Below, in pieces: positions 46,200-56,982 of a stretch of DNA of 64,000 bases (position 1 is its first letter; each line of letters starts with the position of its first letter). The stretch comes from an uncultured Gammaproteobacteria bacterium (GTDB taxonomy: Bacteria > Patescibacteriota > Patescibacteriia > JACQRZ01), in contig CAZUKY010000001.1 in assembly GCA_964621085.1 (NCBI GenBank), forward strand, positions 100,937 to 164,936, in the 5' to 3' direction. Under the pieces are notes generated by a model that saw only the letters and a program-made list of their open reading frames with translations, was not told the origin of the DNA and did no database searches. The translations under genes and the position numbers were made by a program.

Positions 46200-46734
46200 G
46201 CCGCCGAACCAGCGCCATCGCGAAAAGCGGTGCGATCATCCAAAATGTCCGCGCAATATCGCCGGAAAAATAGTTTATCGAAAAATCGCTTGTATAAACC
46301 GTCGGCCCGATCAAGAGAAGAATGCTACTGATAAAAAGTCCGACTTGCACAAAACTCAAAAGAAACGAGTGCAGATACGAGTGGCCGACCTCAGCACGGA
46401 GAGACATCCGGTGGGACAGAAGCCCGTAGAGGACGAGAAATATACCGACAAAAATGCCGATGCGCCATTTGTAGACATCGTCCGCGCTCAGCGTAGCGAG
46501 GGCATTCGTTATCATCGGAGTAGCCAAAACGATCGCCAATGACGTATAGACAGACAACAGCACGACGGCGATCCGCTCGCGGCTGACAAAAAAGGAGTAC
46601 GCGATCGTCGCAAAGAGAAAGGAAAGAATCAAAAATGCATCCCAGGAAGGCGTCGCGATGGCGCCCTGCAAGGATGACGGATCAAAAGAAATGCTTACAA
46701 GTGAAAACATAGGGAACATAAAACAACCCTTCAT
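46177..46734 (-). CDS. polytopic membrane protein (5-6 TM)
   Basis: 185 aa, hydrophobic throughout. Confidence 0.5.
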   Translation of the reverse strand: MKGCFMFPMFSLVSISFDPSSLQGAIATPSWDAFLILSFLFATIAYSFFVSRERIAVVLLSVYTSLAIVLATPMITNALATLSADDVYKWRIGIFVGIFLVLYGLLSHRMSLRAEVGHSYLHSFLLSFVQVGLFISSILLLIGPTVYTSDFSINYFSGDIARTFWMIAPLFAMALVRRRAAGPAQ

Positions 46735-46842
46735 GCTCTAGTATACCATAGCACGGTGGCGCAGTGAATGAGACAAAAGTGCGCATGCTCGCTGCGGCGA
46801 GCATGCGCACTGCAGATTGAAATGCGGCAGGGCTCTTTCCTC

Positions 46843-47724
46843 CTACTTCCCCTTCTGTGCGACAATTGTGCCGCTCAACAGTACGCTATCATCAACACTG
46901 GCAACAAAGGGTACATCTGGGATGCCGATACCGAAGTCTTTTCGGGAGACGGTCGCGGACACGGTTGCCGTAAGTCTCTCCAGCGACTCGAGTCGCAGAT
47001 CTCCGCGAAACGCAGCCGGCCGCGTGACGCCGGCAATGGTAAGCTGCCCGCGAATCGTTACCGGAACCGAAACACCCACTGAGAGCGTCTCTGAAAGACC
47101 CTCGATAGCCTGCATGCGGAAGGTAATCATCCGATTTGCCTCGTTGTTTGTCTTGAGGATAAAAAGCCGAATTGCATTATCGCGTCCCCCGCTATCGGTT
47201 GCAAGAGTACTCGCGTCAATTGCAATGTTTTTTAGGGATGCCGTGCGTGCGGCATTCGCAAGGTCAACAGAGACCTCGCCGGTGATTTTTCCTGTCGTGC
47301 CAACCGCGGTGAAGTCCTCGCCGCGCAAGACCTCTTTGACAGCGAACTGCACGCGCGACTCGTCCGAGACGATTGTAAAACGCGAAATTTCTGATTTCGG
47401 CAGTGAAGGTGCCGACTGCGGCTGCAAGGACGCCGTAGGCGAAGATGATGCCGGCTGATTTTTTGCTGGCGCTTGTAAAGGCTCATCAGTGCTTGGTTTT
47501 TCCGAAATGGTTTCAGAAGGGGTGCTCGTCTCCTCCTCAGCAATCTCGACCTGCTGAGTCGCACTCTCACCTGCACTTTCCCCATTTTCCAAGCCTCCGG
47601 TAATGGCAGTCTCGCCTTTTTGAGGTACCGCCGGTTTCACAGCGTTGTTATAGAAGAGTCCAGCACCAATCAAAACGCCGATAACCGCGATCACACCGCC
47701 TACGAGATTTTTATTCATACGCAA
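46843..47724 (-). CDS. YceI-like domain protein with N-terminal TM and Ser/Pro-rich linker
   Basis: C-terminal 170 aa: FTIVSDESRVQFAVKEV...GGRDNAIR...FGI pattern typical of YceI. Confidence 0.55.
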   Translation of the reverse strand: MRMNKNLVGGVIAVIGVLIGAGLFYNNAVKPAVPQKGETAITGGLENGESAGESATQQVEIAEEETSTPSETISEKPSTDEPLQAPAKNQPASSSPTASLQPQSAPSLPKSEISRFTIVSDESRVQFAVKEVLRGEDFTAVGTTGKITGEVSVDLANAARTASLKNIAIDASTLATDSGGRDNAIRLFILKTNNEANRMITFRMQAIEGLSETLSVGVSVPVTIRGQLTIAGVTRPAAFRGDLRLESLERLTATVSATVSRKDFGIGIPDVPFVASVDDSVLLSGTIVAQKGK

Positions 47725-47871
47725 ATATTATGAATCATCGCTCATGTATAGTACGCGATTCCCGAATACTGAACAAGTCAAAAATCAAGAACGGCCGAAC
47801 GGCCGTTCCTTTTGAATTAATTTGGAATTATCCTCCGATTGCCCTAGTCTTTCCTCCTCCTCTGCTCGGCC

Positions 47872-49980
47872 TCATTGGCACTGCGTTCCCGCCGTTTTCT
47901 TCGTATAGATAGCGAAGTTCGGATAGGGCGATGTCATCTCAAACCCGCCGAAGGAGATCCAGCGCGCTCGATACTCGTCATAACACTTTTCAGGATCGTT
48001 CTGCTGGGCCGGTGTCTGCGTTTCCACATATCCTTTCCATGGCGCCACGTCCCATCTGCTCGGATCCCTGTCGCTAGGACAGCGCGCAAGGTTCGGCTGC
48101 CAACTCGTCAGTGTTGTCTTATCGGCCGGATTCGTTTCATATACGTACAGCGGTTCGCACTTCTGCTGCGAAAGCGTCGCAGGTTTTTCGATGCGGTATG
48201 ACTGAAGCTGTACGGCGCCTTCGTACCCATAATACCTGTACAACTGCTTATCAGCCAAGTTTCCGTTATCGGCTCGTATATAATTAAGTGTCAATCTGCC
48301 GTTTGCCGGAAGCGAAGCGAGCCCCTTCTCGTCCACTCGTCCGAATACGTAAACAATTAGAGGTACACCCGTTGGCAGATCAGAAAAAATCGACTCTCCG
48401 ACTTTCTCAAATGCAAGACGGTTCCCAGTCGGGCGCTCATATTTTCGGAATGTTCCAACTTCTCTATTTCCCTCATAAACCGTAATTGCGACCTCCTCGA
48501 ACGCCGCTAATTCTTTCGCCTCGGATTCAGTAAAGAACATGCCGCGTACATTGCGCGCATCCTTTGGTAGCGTCATAGTAAAGGATCCGAACATCACGGT
48601 TAGCGGCACCGAGTCAACCCGGGCACTGATTGTGCCTGAGGTATCGACGCTGACGGAGATCCGCTCAGGTAAAGATGCGGTCGGAGAATCCTTCAGACTC
48701 ACGCGATACTGCTGCAAGAGCACCGGTTGTTCAAGTGTATATTTTTTACGATCTCCCAACGCGTATATGCCGCTCAACTGAAGTCTTCCTGCCGACGGAA
48801 GGGACTTTGCTATAGCAGGACTTGTTGATGCGACAACCTCAAAAAGAAGCTGAGTTTGCGTCGGAAGTCCTTTCAGTATTTCATTAACTTTTTGGCCGGC
48901 GATGGTGTCGAAGTGCAGCTTGCCGGAATCTGCCTGCCGCGTCCATATGGCACTGCTTCCGATGCGCTCCCCAGTTTTAGCGTTTTTCACATTCAGGGTA
49001 AAGTACTGGAAAGCGGAAGGAAAAGCGGTCTTTGTTTCCGGTTCAAAGGTTACGTCTACTACCCGATCGACTGAGCCTGGAAGCGTGACCAGTGCGCGCG
49101 CAAGCGGCACGGATGCGCCTTCCTTGCCCTTCAGTTCAATCTCGGTAGTCAGATCTTCTTCGGTTTTCGGCTTGACGCTGATGCGCTCATCTCGGGAAAT
49201 AGTTACCGTGAAATCCTGATTCGGACGATCCTTAGTCTGGAATTTTTGCGATTGGTTGGAGCCAAGGATGCTGAATACTGTCGACTTGCCCTCGAACGAA
49301 CCCGACTTACTGTACACGTCGGCGATCAAACTGAATGTCAGTGGCGTTTCCGTTGGAAGGCCCTTGTAGAGCACTTCCTTTTTCGTAGTCGTATAATCGA
49401 AAATGACATCCGCTTCAGTGTTTTTCAGGGCAGAAATCGGCTGGATAACGATATCCTCTCCTATTATTTCTCCGAACTGATTCTGTGCGCGCAGCCGATA
49501 TCCTGTGACATATGGCAGCTGAAGCGGGCTCGATCCGGAGCTGTCATGGAGCTGAAAGATGACTGAGTTGATGAAGTAGACGCCGGCCGGCAGTGTTACT
49601 TCCGTGCGCGCAAGAGTTGCGGAGGATAGATCGCCAAGAAAATTTTCCGGCCTTAAGGTAGTGTCAATAGAACGCTCCTTCGCAATAACCCTGATCGGTT
49701 CAACAGTTTTTACGCATTGTTTGAGTTTCTCTTGGTACTCGTACCCAGTTTCGCACGTACAGGTTCGGGTATCACTGACGATCAATGACTCCTTGCACGG
49801 CAGGCAGATGGACTGGCCGTACTCCCCGCAGACATCGGCTATTTTGCTTGGCATCGTAGAATTCATGGCAGACGAGAGAAGCGCAGCGGCAACGCCCGCC
49901 GCGCCAAACCCGACAATCGCAAGGGTCTTTACCCGCGTCCCGGAGAGTATTCCGACCTTGGTGGCCGTTCGTTCGCTCAT
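47872..49980 (-). CDS. large secreted multidomain hypothetical protein (702 aa) with N-terminal Cys-rich module
   Basis: TM/signal anchor; CGEYGQSICLPCK...CTCETGY...C EGF-like spacing; C-terminal Cys pairs. Confidence 0.5.
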   Translation of the reverse strand: MSERTATKVGILSGTRVKTLAIVGFGAAGVAAALLSSAMNSTMPSKIADVCGEYGQSICLPCKESLIVSDTRTCTCETGYEYQEKLKQCVKTVEPIRVIAKERSIDTTLRPENFLGDLSSATLARTEVTLPAGVYFINSVIFQLHDSSGSSPLQLPYVTGYRLRAQNQFGEIIGEDIVIQPISALKNTEADVIFDYTTTKKEVLYKGLPTETPLTFSLIADVYSKSGSFEGKSTVFSILGSNQSQKFQTKDRPNQDFTVTISRDERISVKPKTEEDLTTEIELKGKEGASVPLARALVTLPGSVDRVVDVTFEPETKTAFPSAFQYFTLNVKNAKTGERIGSSAIWTRQADSGKLHFDTIAGQKVNEILKGLPTQTQLLFEVVASTSPAIAKSLPSAGRLQLSGIYALGDRKKYTLEQPVLLQQYRVSLKDSPTASLPERISVSVDTSGTISARVDSVPLTVMFGSFTMTLPKDARNVRGMFFTESEAKELAAFEEVAITVYEGNREVGTFRKYERPTGNRLAFEKVGESIFSDLPTGVPLIVYVFGRVDEKGLASLPANGRLTLNYIRADNGNLADKQLYRYYGYEGAVQLQSYRIEKPATLSQQKCEPLYVYETNPADKTTLTSWQPNLARCPSDRDPSRWDVAPWKGYVETQTPAQQNDPEKCYDEYRARWISFGGFEMTSPYPNFAIYTKKTAGTQCQ

Positions 49981-50082
49981 ATCTTTTTAAAAAATGGGAA
50001 AAACATGTATAAAATTATCCACATGCATTAAGGGTATCATACTGCTCAGTTTGCCGCACTATCATTCTGAAGAACTCTCTAT

Positions 50083-51111
50083 CTAGTGGATATCCTTCGG
50101 ATCCATGTCTACCCATTCGGCGACGACCTCCTTAATGTGCGCAACGCCGACGAGGGGTTCTTGATCCGGCGGACAGGTTTTGCACGCCCGCTTGGCTGCA
50201 TGATGTAAAATGGCTGCCGCATGCTCGTGACGCGAACCGCGCTGGACATTCACTTTTGCCGCCGCCTCGTCCATCACATCGATCGCTTTGTCGGGCAGGC
50301 GACGGCCTTTTATGTATTCTTGGGATAGCCGTACCGCAGCACGGATCGCCTCGTCTGCGATTTTCACCCCATGATACTCCTCGTAGTTCCCTTTCAGGCC
50401 TTGCAGGATATTGATTGACTCATCAACAGTCGGCTCATCAACCAGCACAACCTGAAACCGTCGATCCCAGCTTTCGTCCGGCTGAATATAGGACTCGTAC
50501 TCCTTCTGGGTCGTAGCGCCCACAAGCTGCAAATCACCACGCGAGAGCGCCGGTTTGAGAATATCCGAAAGATTCACGGCGCCTTCCGCCCCTTTTGCCT
50601 GAGTAACCGTATGGATTTCATCAATAAAAAGGATGATTGTGCGTCCGCTTTTGCGAATGTCGCTCACGATCGCTTTGATGCGCTGCTCAAAATCCCCTCG
50701 ATACTTCGTCCCGGCAAGCAGCTCGGAGACCTGGAGCAAGAGCACGCGTTTATGACTCAGGAGCTCCGGAATGTCCCCGTCGGCGATGCGCTGCGCAAGA
50801 CCCTCGACGATCGCCGTCTTCCCGACGCCGGGCTGACCAAGCAAGATAACGTTATTTTTCGTGCGCCGGGAAAGGATCTGAATGACGCGGGTTATCTCCT
50901 CCTCGCGCCCGATGACCGGATCAACGCCGCCTTCGCGCGCAAGTGCTGTGAGGTCGGTCGCATACAGGTCGAGCGTTTGCGTCGCCGAGCCGCCGATCCG
51001 GAATGCGGATGGGGACGGTGACTTTTTGAAATATAAAAAAGCCGCTGTTCCGATGCTAATGACAGCGACCCATTTGAGAATGTCCGCCAAAGCCCACGGT
51101 GCTTCTGCCAT
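50083..51111 (-). CDS. membrane-anchored Clp/Hsp100 D1-only AAA+ ATPase
   Basis: N-terminal TM; ClpA/B D1 motifs IGREEEITRVIQILSRRTKNNVILLGQPGVGKT, ILFIDEIHTV, sensor; ends where the D1 small domain ends; no middle domain or D2. Confidence 0.65.
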   Translation of the reverse strand: MAEAPWALADILKWVAVISIGTAAFLYFKKSPSPSAFRIGGSATQTLDLYATDLTALAREGGVDPVIGREEEITRVIQILSRRTKNNVILLGQPGVGKTAIVEGLAQRIADGDIPELLSHKRVLLLQVSELLAGTKYRGDFEQRIKAIVSDIRKSGRTIILFIDEIHTVTQAKGAEGAVNLSDILKPALSRGDLQLVGATTQKEYESYIQPDESWDRRFQVVLVDEPTVDESINILQGLKGNYEEYHGVKIADEAIRAAVRLSQEYIKGRRLPDKAIDVMDEAAAKVNVQRGSRHEHAAAILHHAAKRACKTCPPDQEPLVGVAHIKEVVAEWVDMDPKDIH

Positions 51112-51248
51112 ATACTTTAAATATATATTTCAACTCTTCTTTAATTCTAGGGGAAGGTTGTAAATGAGGCAACTCATGTTTGGATATGCTATACTGGGGG
51201 CATAGTCCAAATCACGATTAATCATAAACAATAACGAATCCGCGTTTT

Positions 51249-53252
51249 ATGCGAGCAAAAATATCGGCGCTGCTGATTGCGGCGCTGTTGGTGCCGCAGG
51301 GCACCGCGTTTTCGGCAGAACATGCTGTCGAGACAACCCAGACACCTCCGGCAGAGAATGCTGCACCGCCGCAAGAGAGCATAGAAACCATAGAGAATAG
51401 TAAAGAGGATCACAGCCGCCTCAAAGAACAGGAACAGCGGCGATTTGATGACAAGCGCTTTGAGGGCGAACGGCGCCACGAAGACGATCGCCGGCGATCC
51501 GAAGAGCAAGAGCGGCAGCGCTTTGAACAAGACGAACAGCGTCGTGCCGAGGACGAACAACGCATGAACGAACGGCGATTTGAGGATATGAAGCGCAACG
51601 TGGAGCGTTTCATGCGCGATATTTCACGCATGGAACGGGAGGCAGAGCGAACGGCAAAACGCCTTGAGCGGTGCGAGTTCGGCATTCCGGCGGAACTGAC
51701 GAAGACGCTTGATACTGCAAAAGGCCTTGCCGAAAAGGTCAAAACGGCCAACTCGGCTGATGAGCTTGAGGATATCATGTTTGAGTTTGAGGATGTCGGC
51801 TACCTTATGGGAGAATGGGGGCGTCAGATGGGCCCCTTACAGCAGGTCTGTGAGATGCTAGGAAACGCCGATCGCGAGGTTCAACGACTCCTTCGCGAAC
51901 AGGATCGCATGGAGCAGCGAGCGAAACAGCAAAAAATCGATGCGTCTCTGATGCTTGGAAAACTGCGGGAATTATCTCGAAAAATGGAGGAAACGCTCGA
52001 GCGCGCCCGCTCACTGGCGCAAAAGAGCCCTGAGGATGCGGTATTTTTAATACAAGATGAGATATTTTTCCGAATGGAAGAGTATCACAACGCGCAACGC
52101 GGTCTGGAGATGGCCCTTGACCTGCGCCGCGGACTGCAAGATGCCGGAGGGGAGATCTGGGAGTTTAAAGCGCTCATTAAAGAATTGAAAGCGAAGAAAA
52201 AAGACACGACGCGCCTTGAGCGTCTTCTAGGACAAATGGAAGGAATCAAAGGAAAGCTTGATGGGATGGCACAGCGCTCAGTCGATCCAGACAGCGTCCA
52301 GCCCCTCATCGAAGAAGCCTTCGACCTCCGTGAGGAATTTGTCCGCCTGGCAAGCCACCTTGGCGGAGGAGCACGGTTCATGGACGAGAAGTCTGAAAAT
52401 GCAGATGAAGAGGACTTTCGCGTAGATCTGCCGTCAGGGTTTAAACCGTCTGCAAAAGCCCGTGCGTCGCGTGACGCGGAGCGATCGGGCGGTGGCGGTG
52501 GTGGAGCAGACGCCCAAGTTCAAGAAATCAAGGCAAAAGCCGAACTCCTTGCCGACAACCGCCTCGATGCGATTCTTTCGGAGCTGAAGCAGTTGCGTGA
52601 TCAAGTAAAGGAGCAGCAAGCGGAAATCAAATACCTGCGCACACTTACACAGGATTTCGCGCAGCTCAATGAACAAATGCAGACACAGCTGAATACATTT
52701 ATCACCTACGGTGTCGATGAGAACTCCAAGCGCCTTGGCGAGGGCGAGCGCGCCGCGGTGCTGCACTCGTACAAATCGGCATTCCAAGCATTGCCCGAAG
52801 ACGAGCGCGGTATCGAAGATGTCATTAAAATTGTCAACGGACGCTTTCCAAGTCAACGAAGCGGCGTAGCGGAAAAGCAGGCGAAGAAGTTTTTCCGGGA
52901 GATTTACAAGCGCGTCGCAAATATGGAAAACGAAAACGACAAGGCGGCCATCATGGTTATGGCGTACGGGTTGCGCCAAGCGGCGCAAAACCGTAACCTC
53001 GAGAGCGAAAAACGAGGCATTGAGACGTTCAAAAACATCTTCGGATACCTGCCCACCACGACCGAGGAATGGAACGCCATGCAGGCCATCACCTACTCCG
53101 GCGCCGTGCGGCGGCCGGATAGTGACAAGGACGGCCTGTCCGATGCTGATGAAAAGCTCATCGGGACCAACTCAGACAAACCCGATACCGACGGCGATGG
53201 CATTCCAGACGGCGACGAGGTCGATGAAGAATTCGATCCGCTCAAGAAATAA
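51249..53252 (+). CDS. secreted coiled-coil protein with C-terminal thrombospondin type-3-like calcium-binding repeats
   Basis: signal peptide, long E/R/Q-rich heptad region, C-terminal DSDKDGLSDADE...DTDGDGIPDGDE. Confidence 0.5.
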   Translation: MRAKISALLIAALLVPQGTAFSAEHAVETTQTPPAENAAPPQESIETIENSKEDHSRLKEQEQRRFDDKRFEGERRHEDDRRRSEEQERQRFEQDEQRRAEDEQRMNERRFEDMKRNVERFMRDISRMEREAERTAKRLERCEFGIPAELTKTLDTAKGLAEKVKTANSADELEDIMFEFEDVGYLMGEWGRQMGPLQQVCEMLGNADREVQRLLREQDRMEQRAKQQKIDASLMLGKLRELSRKMEETLERARSLAQKSPEDAVFLIQDEIFFRMEEYHNAQRGLEMALDLRRGLQDAGGEIWEFKALIKELKAKKKDTTRLERLLGQMEGIKGKLDGMAQRSVDPDSVQPLIEEAFDLREEFVRLASHLGGGARFMDEKSENADEEDFRVDLPSGFKPSAKARASRDAERSGGGGGGADAQVQEIKAKAELLADNRLDAILSELKQLRDQVKEQQAEIKYLRTLTQDFAQLNEQMQTQLNTFITYGVDENSKRLGEGERAAVLHSYKSAFQALPEDERGIEDVIKIVNGRFPSQRSGVAEKQAKKFFREIYKRVANMENENDKAAIMVMAYGLRQAAQNRNLESEKRGIETFKNIFGYLPTTTEEWNAMQAITYSGAVRRPDSDKDGLSDADEKLIGTNSDKPDTDGDGIPDGDEVDEEFDPLKK

Positions 53253-53265
53253 ATCACACAAACAT

Positions 53266-53294
53266 CAAAAACCCGGCCTTCCCGCCGGGTTTTT
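53266..53294. terminator. bidirectional terminator aaaaa-cccggc-cttcc-gccggg-ttttt
   Basis: between the convergent coiled-coil gene(+) and dnaJ(-). Confidence 0.6.
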
Positions 53295-53318
53295 GATGTA
53301 TGAATTCTAGCTGAAACG

Positions 53319-54401
53319 CTACAGTCCCTCCTTTCGAAGCTCTTCAAGCAGCTGGCGCTGACGCTTCGAGAGATTTTTTGGAGAAGCCACCTGAATGACA
53401 ACAAGCAAATTGCCTCTGCCATGGCGCCGCACATGAGGCACACCAAGGTTGGCCAAGCGCAACACCTGGCCCGATTGCGTCCCGGGCGGAATTTTGAGAT
53501 CAACAGGCCCGTCATGAGTATCAATTCGGATGGTATCTCCCAATACGCTTTGGCTATATGCGATCGACTGCTGCAAGATAAGATCGTCCCCTTCTCGCGC
53601 AAAATGCGGATCCGCCTTGACATGCACGCGAATGAAGAGATCGCCGGGCGTTCCGCCGAGCTGGGCGGACTCGCCTTGCCCCGTCACCCGAAGCGTTTCG
53701 CCATTGCCAATTCCAGCGGGAATCGCAACCTCGAGCTCGCTCTGCCCTTTTTCAACGCCGGTTCCGCGGCATATTTTGCACGGCTTCTCGATTGTCTTTC
53801 CAACTCCTTTGCATGCGGGGCATTGCACAGTGGTCTGGATGTTTCCCAATATGGTTTGGCGCACCGACATCGTCTGTCCTCTGCCGCCGCACGTTGGACA
53901 AGTGGTCACCGGCGTGCCCGGTTCTGCGCCTCCGCCGCCGCAGTGTTTGCACGAGATTGATTTGTAGAGCGAGATCGTTTTCTTTGTTCCGAAAAGCGCC
54001 TCCTTGAATTCAAGCGTCACATCGACAGCGATATTCGCGCCCCTGCGCTGCGCGCTTGAGCCGGCCCGAGATCCGCCAAAACCAAAAAAGTCGCCGAACA
54101 CATCGCCCAGATCTCCGAAATCGAACTGCGCGCCGCCCCCGGTTGCGCCTTGCGCAAAATCCTGCCACGAAAAACCGCCGCCCCCCGGCATTCCCTGCTC
54201 GAAGGTGCGTCCGAACTGATCGTACTGTCGGCGCTTTTCCGGATCGGACAAGACCTGGTAGGCCTCGTTCACTTCCTTAAACTTCTTCTCATCGCCCCCT
54301 TTTTTATCGGGATGGTACTGATGCGCGAGCTTGCGAAAGGCGCGTTTAATCTCATCGGCCCCGGCGCCACGGGAAACGCCGAGTATCTGGTAATAGTCCA
54401 T
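53319..54401 (-). CDS. dnaJ: chaperone DnaJ
   Basis: J-domain with HPD, G/F region, four CxxCxGxG zinc-finger repeats. Confidence 0.95.
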   Translation of the reverse strand: MDYYQILGVSRGAGADEIKRAFRKLAHQYHPDKKGGDEKKFKEVNEAYQVLSDPEKRRQYDQFGRTFEQGMPGGGGFSWQDFAQGATGGGAQFDFGDLGDVFGDFFGFGGSRAGSSAQRRGANIAVDVTLEFKEALFGTKKTISLYKSISCKHCGGGGAEPGTPVTTCPTCGGRGQTMSVRQTILGNIQTTVQCPACKGVGKTIEKPCKICRGTGVEKGQSELEVAIPAGIGNGETLRVTGQGESAQLGGTPGDLFIRVHVKADPHFAREGDDLILQQSIAYSQSVLGDTIRIDTHDGPVDLKIPPGTQSGQVLRLANLGVPHVRRHGRGNLLVVIQVASPKNLSKRQRQLLEELRKEGL

Positions 54402-54481
54402 GTCAATAGCTTCTTAGCTTGTAGCTGATTAGCTCATGAGCTTCCTAAGAAGCTACAAGCTAATCAGCTAAGAAGCTCGCA
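54402..54481 (-). other. structured dnaK-dnaJ intergenic element built of NNNAGCT heptamers forming overlapping inverted repeats
   Basis: units tcttagct/tgtagct/gattagct/catgagct ... agctacaagctaatcagctaagaagct. Confidence 0.4.
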
Positions 54482-56398
54482 TTAATCTTTCTTTGTAAAC
54501 TCAGCGTCGATCGGCCCCTCGTCAGACTGAGACTCCTGGCTGCCCGGCTGCTGTGCTTCGCCTGCGCCGCTGGCAGCGCCCGGTGCCGCTGAGGCGTCCG
54601 GCTGCTGATACATGGCACTGCCGATTTTTGAGATGCTCGCATTCAGATCCTCCAATGAGCGCTTAATCGCCTCGATGTCATCGCCGTCTTTCACCGCTTT
54701 CAGAGCTGCGAGCTTACCCTCCACCTCAGACTTCACATCTGCAGACAACTTATCCCCGTATTCCTTCACCGTTTTTTCCGTCTGATACAATGTCGCCTCG
54801 GCGGTATTTTTCACCTCTATCATCTCACGCTTTTTCTTGTCTTCGTCCGCGTGCAGCTCCGCATCAGTGCGCATGCGCTCGATTTCTTCCTGCGTAAGGC
54901 CAGTTGAGGCCGTAATGACGATTTTTTGCTCCTTGCCGCTTGCCTTATCTTTTGCCGAAACATTCAAGATGCCATTCGCATCAATATCGAACGTAACCTC
55001 GACCTGCGGCACCCCGCGCGGAGCGGGCGGAATGCCGTCAAGGATGAACCGACCCAGCGACTTGTTGTCCGATGCCATCTCGCGCTCTCCTTGCAGCACA
55101 TGGATCTCGACAGAGGTCTGGTTATCCGCCGCTGTTGAAAAAATCTGACTCTTTGAGGTTGGGATTGTCGTATTGCGATCGATCAGCCGCGTCATGACGC
55201 CGCCAAGCGTTTCAAGACCCAGCGAGAGCGGCGTGACATCCAAAAGAAGGACGTCCTTGACCTCGCCCCGCAAAACGCCAGCCTGAACAGCTGCCCCCAT
55301 GGCGACTACTTCATCAGGATTGACGGAAATGTTCGGCTTTTTGCCGAAGAACTTCTCGACCGTCTGCTGCACCAGCGGCATGCGCGTCATGCCCCCCACC
55401 AAGATCACCTCATTGATATCCGAGACCGACAGCCCCGCATCGGCAAGCGCCTTGCGGCAGGGTTCCAACGTCCGTTCGACAAGGCCCCCGACCAACTCCT
55501 CGAGGTTGGCGCGCGTCAGCTTGAGAATCAAGTGCTTCGGACCGGCCGCATCAGAGGTGATAAATGGCTGATTGATTTCTGTTTCGATACTTGAGGAAAG
55601 CTCGTGCTTTGCCTTTTCCGCAGACTCCTTCAGGCGCTGCAAGGCAAGCTGATCCTTGGAAAGATCGATGCCTTCCTGTTTTTTAAACTCAGCGATAATC
55701 CAACCGATGATCAGCTGGTCAAAGTCGTCTCCGCCCAAATGGGTATCGCCGTTTGTCGCCTTTACCTCGACCGTATCCTCGGCAACTTCAAGAACTGAGA
55801 CGTCAAACGTCCCGCCGCCAAGGTCGTACACGACGATTTTCTCATCTTTCTTTTTATTGAAACCATAGGCGAGCGCGGCAGCAGTCGGCTCGTTGATGAT
55901 ACGCTTTACCTCAAGTCCCGCGATGCGGCCCGCATCCTTTGTCGCTTGGCGCTGCGAGTCGTCAAAATATGCCGGAACCGTAATAACCGCCTCGGTGATT
56001 TTTTCGCCGAGCCGCTCCTCTGCGTCGCTCTTCAGCTTCTGTAGAACCATTGCGGAAATCTCCTGCGGCGCGTACTCGTTGCCGCCCATTAAAACCTTGA
56101 CGCCGCTGTCTGACTGCACAATCTTGTATGGCATCAACGTCACGTCGCGCTGCACTTCCGGATCGTCGTACCGGCGGCCGATGAGTCGCTTTACCGAATA
56201 AATGGTGTTTTCCGGATTTGTCACCGCTTGGCGCTTCGCCAGTACGCCGACGAGACGCTCGCCGCTTTTGCTTGTCGCGACAACGGACGGCGTGGTTCGG
56301 TTTCCCTCTTTATTTTCAAGGACTTTTGGCGTGCCGCCCTCAATAACTGCCATGCATGAGTTTGTCGTACCAAGATCGATACCAAGTATTTTTGCCAT
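54482..56398 (-). CDS. dnaK: chaperone DnaK (Hsp70)
   Basis: [16 protein letters not shown], full-length Hsp70 similarity. Confidence 0.97.
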   Translation of the reverse strand: MAKILGIDLGTTNSCMAVIEGGTPKVLENKEGNRTTPSVVATSKSGERLVGVLAKRQAVTNPENTIYSVKRLIGRRYDDPEVQRDVTLMPYKIVQSDSGVKVLMGGNEYAPQEISAMVLQKLKSDAEERLGEKITEAVITVPAYFDDSQRQATKDAGRIAGLEVKRIINEPTAAALAYGFNKKKDEKIVVYDLGGGTFDVSVLEVAEDTVEVKATNGDTHLGGDDFDQLIIGWIIAEFKKQEGIDLSKDQLALQRLKESAEKAKHELSSSIETEINQPFITSDAAGPKHLILKLTRANLEELVGGLVERTLEPCRKALADAGLSVSDINEVILVGGMTRMPLVQQTVEKFFGKKPNISVNPDEVVAMGAAVQAGVLRGEVKDVLLLDVTPLSLGLETLGGVMTRLIDRNTTIPTSKSQIFSTAADNQTSVEIHVLQGEREMASDNKSLGRFILDGIPPAPRGVPQVEVTFDIDANGILNVSAKDKASGKEQKIVITASTGLTQEEIERMRTDAELHADEDKKKREMIEVKNTAEATLYQTEKTVKEYGDKLSADVKSEVEGKLAALKAVKDGDDIEAIKRSLEDLNASISKIGSAMYQQPDASAAPGAASGAGEAQQPGSQESQSDEGPIDAEFTKKD

Positions 56399-56409
56399 AG
56401 GTTTCCAAA

Positions 56410-56982
56410 TTATTTTTTCTCGTTCGAATCACCTTCGCCCGCTGGTTGCGGTTTTTTATTGACAATGACCTTTGCCGGAACGATAAGCGTGCCGTTGTGC
56501 CGATATCCCGCGCTTATCTCTTGCGTTATCACACCCTCGTCCATGTCCTCGCGCCACTCATGACCGACGGCCTCGTGTACGCTGGGGTCAAATGGTGTTC
56601 CTGCCGCATCGGCGATTTCCTCAACACCCGTGCTGCGCAAAATATCCTTCATCTGGCGGTAGATATGTTCGATGCCCTTGATCCATTCGGAGGCCTTCAG
56701 TTCGTCGGGAACGTGCTGAAATGCCTTGCGAAAATTCTCAACAACCGGCAGATACTGCATCAGGGATGCCATCCGCGCAAATGTCGCGAGTTCCGCGGAT
56801 CTTTTTTCCTGCTCGTTTTTAAAGTTTACGTAATCTGCTTTTGCGCGCTTCCACCCATTCAGATACTCATCGCGTTCCTTTTCAAGTGCGCTCTTTTGCT
56901 CTTTGAGGTCTTCTATTTCCTTGAAGGCCCCTTCAAGGGTCATCGTATTCTCATCAGACATAGAGATACCAAACATTAACAA
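56410..56982 (-). CDS. grpE: nucleotide exchange factor GrpE
   Basis: coiled-coil N-terminus plus GrpE C-terminal beta domain. Confidence 0.9.
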   Translation of the reverse strand: MLMFGISMSDENTMTLEGAFKEIEDLKEQKSALEKERDEYLNGWKRAKADYVNFKNEQEKRSAELATFARMASLMQYLPVVENFRKAFQHVPDELKASEWIKGIEHIYRQMKDILRSTGVEEIADAAGTPFDPSVHEAVGHEWREDMDEGVITQEISAGYRHNGTLIVPAKVIVNKKPQPAGEGDSNEKK

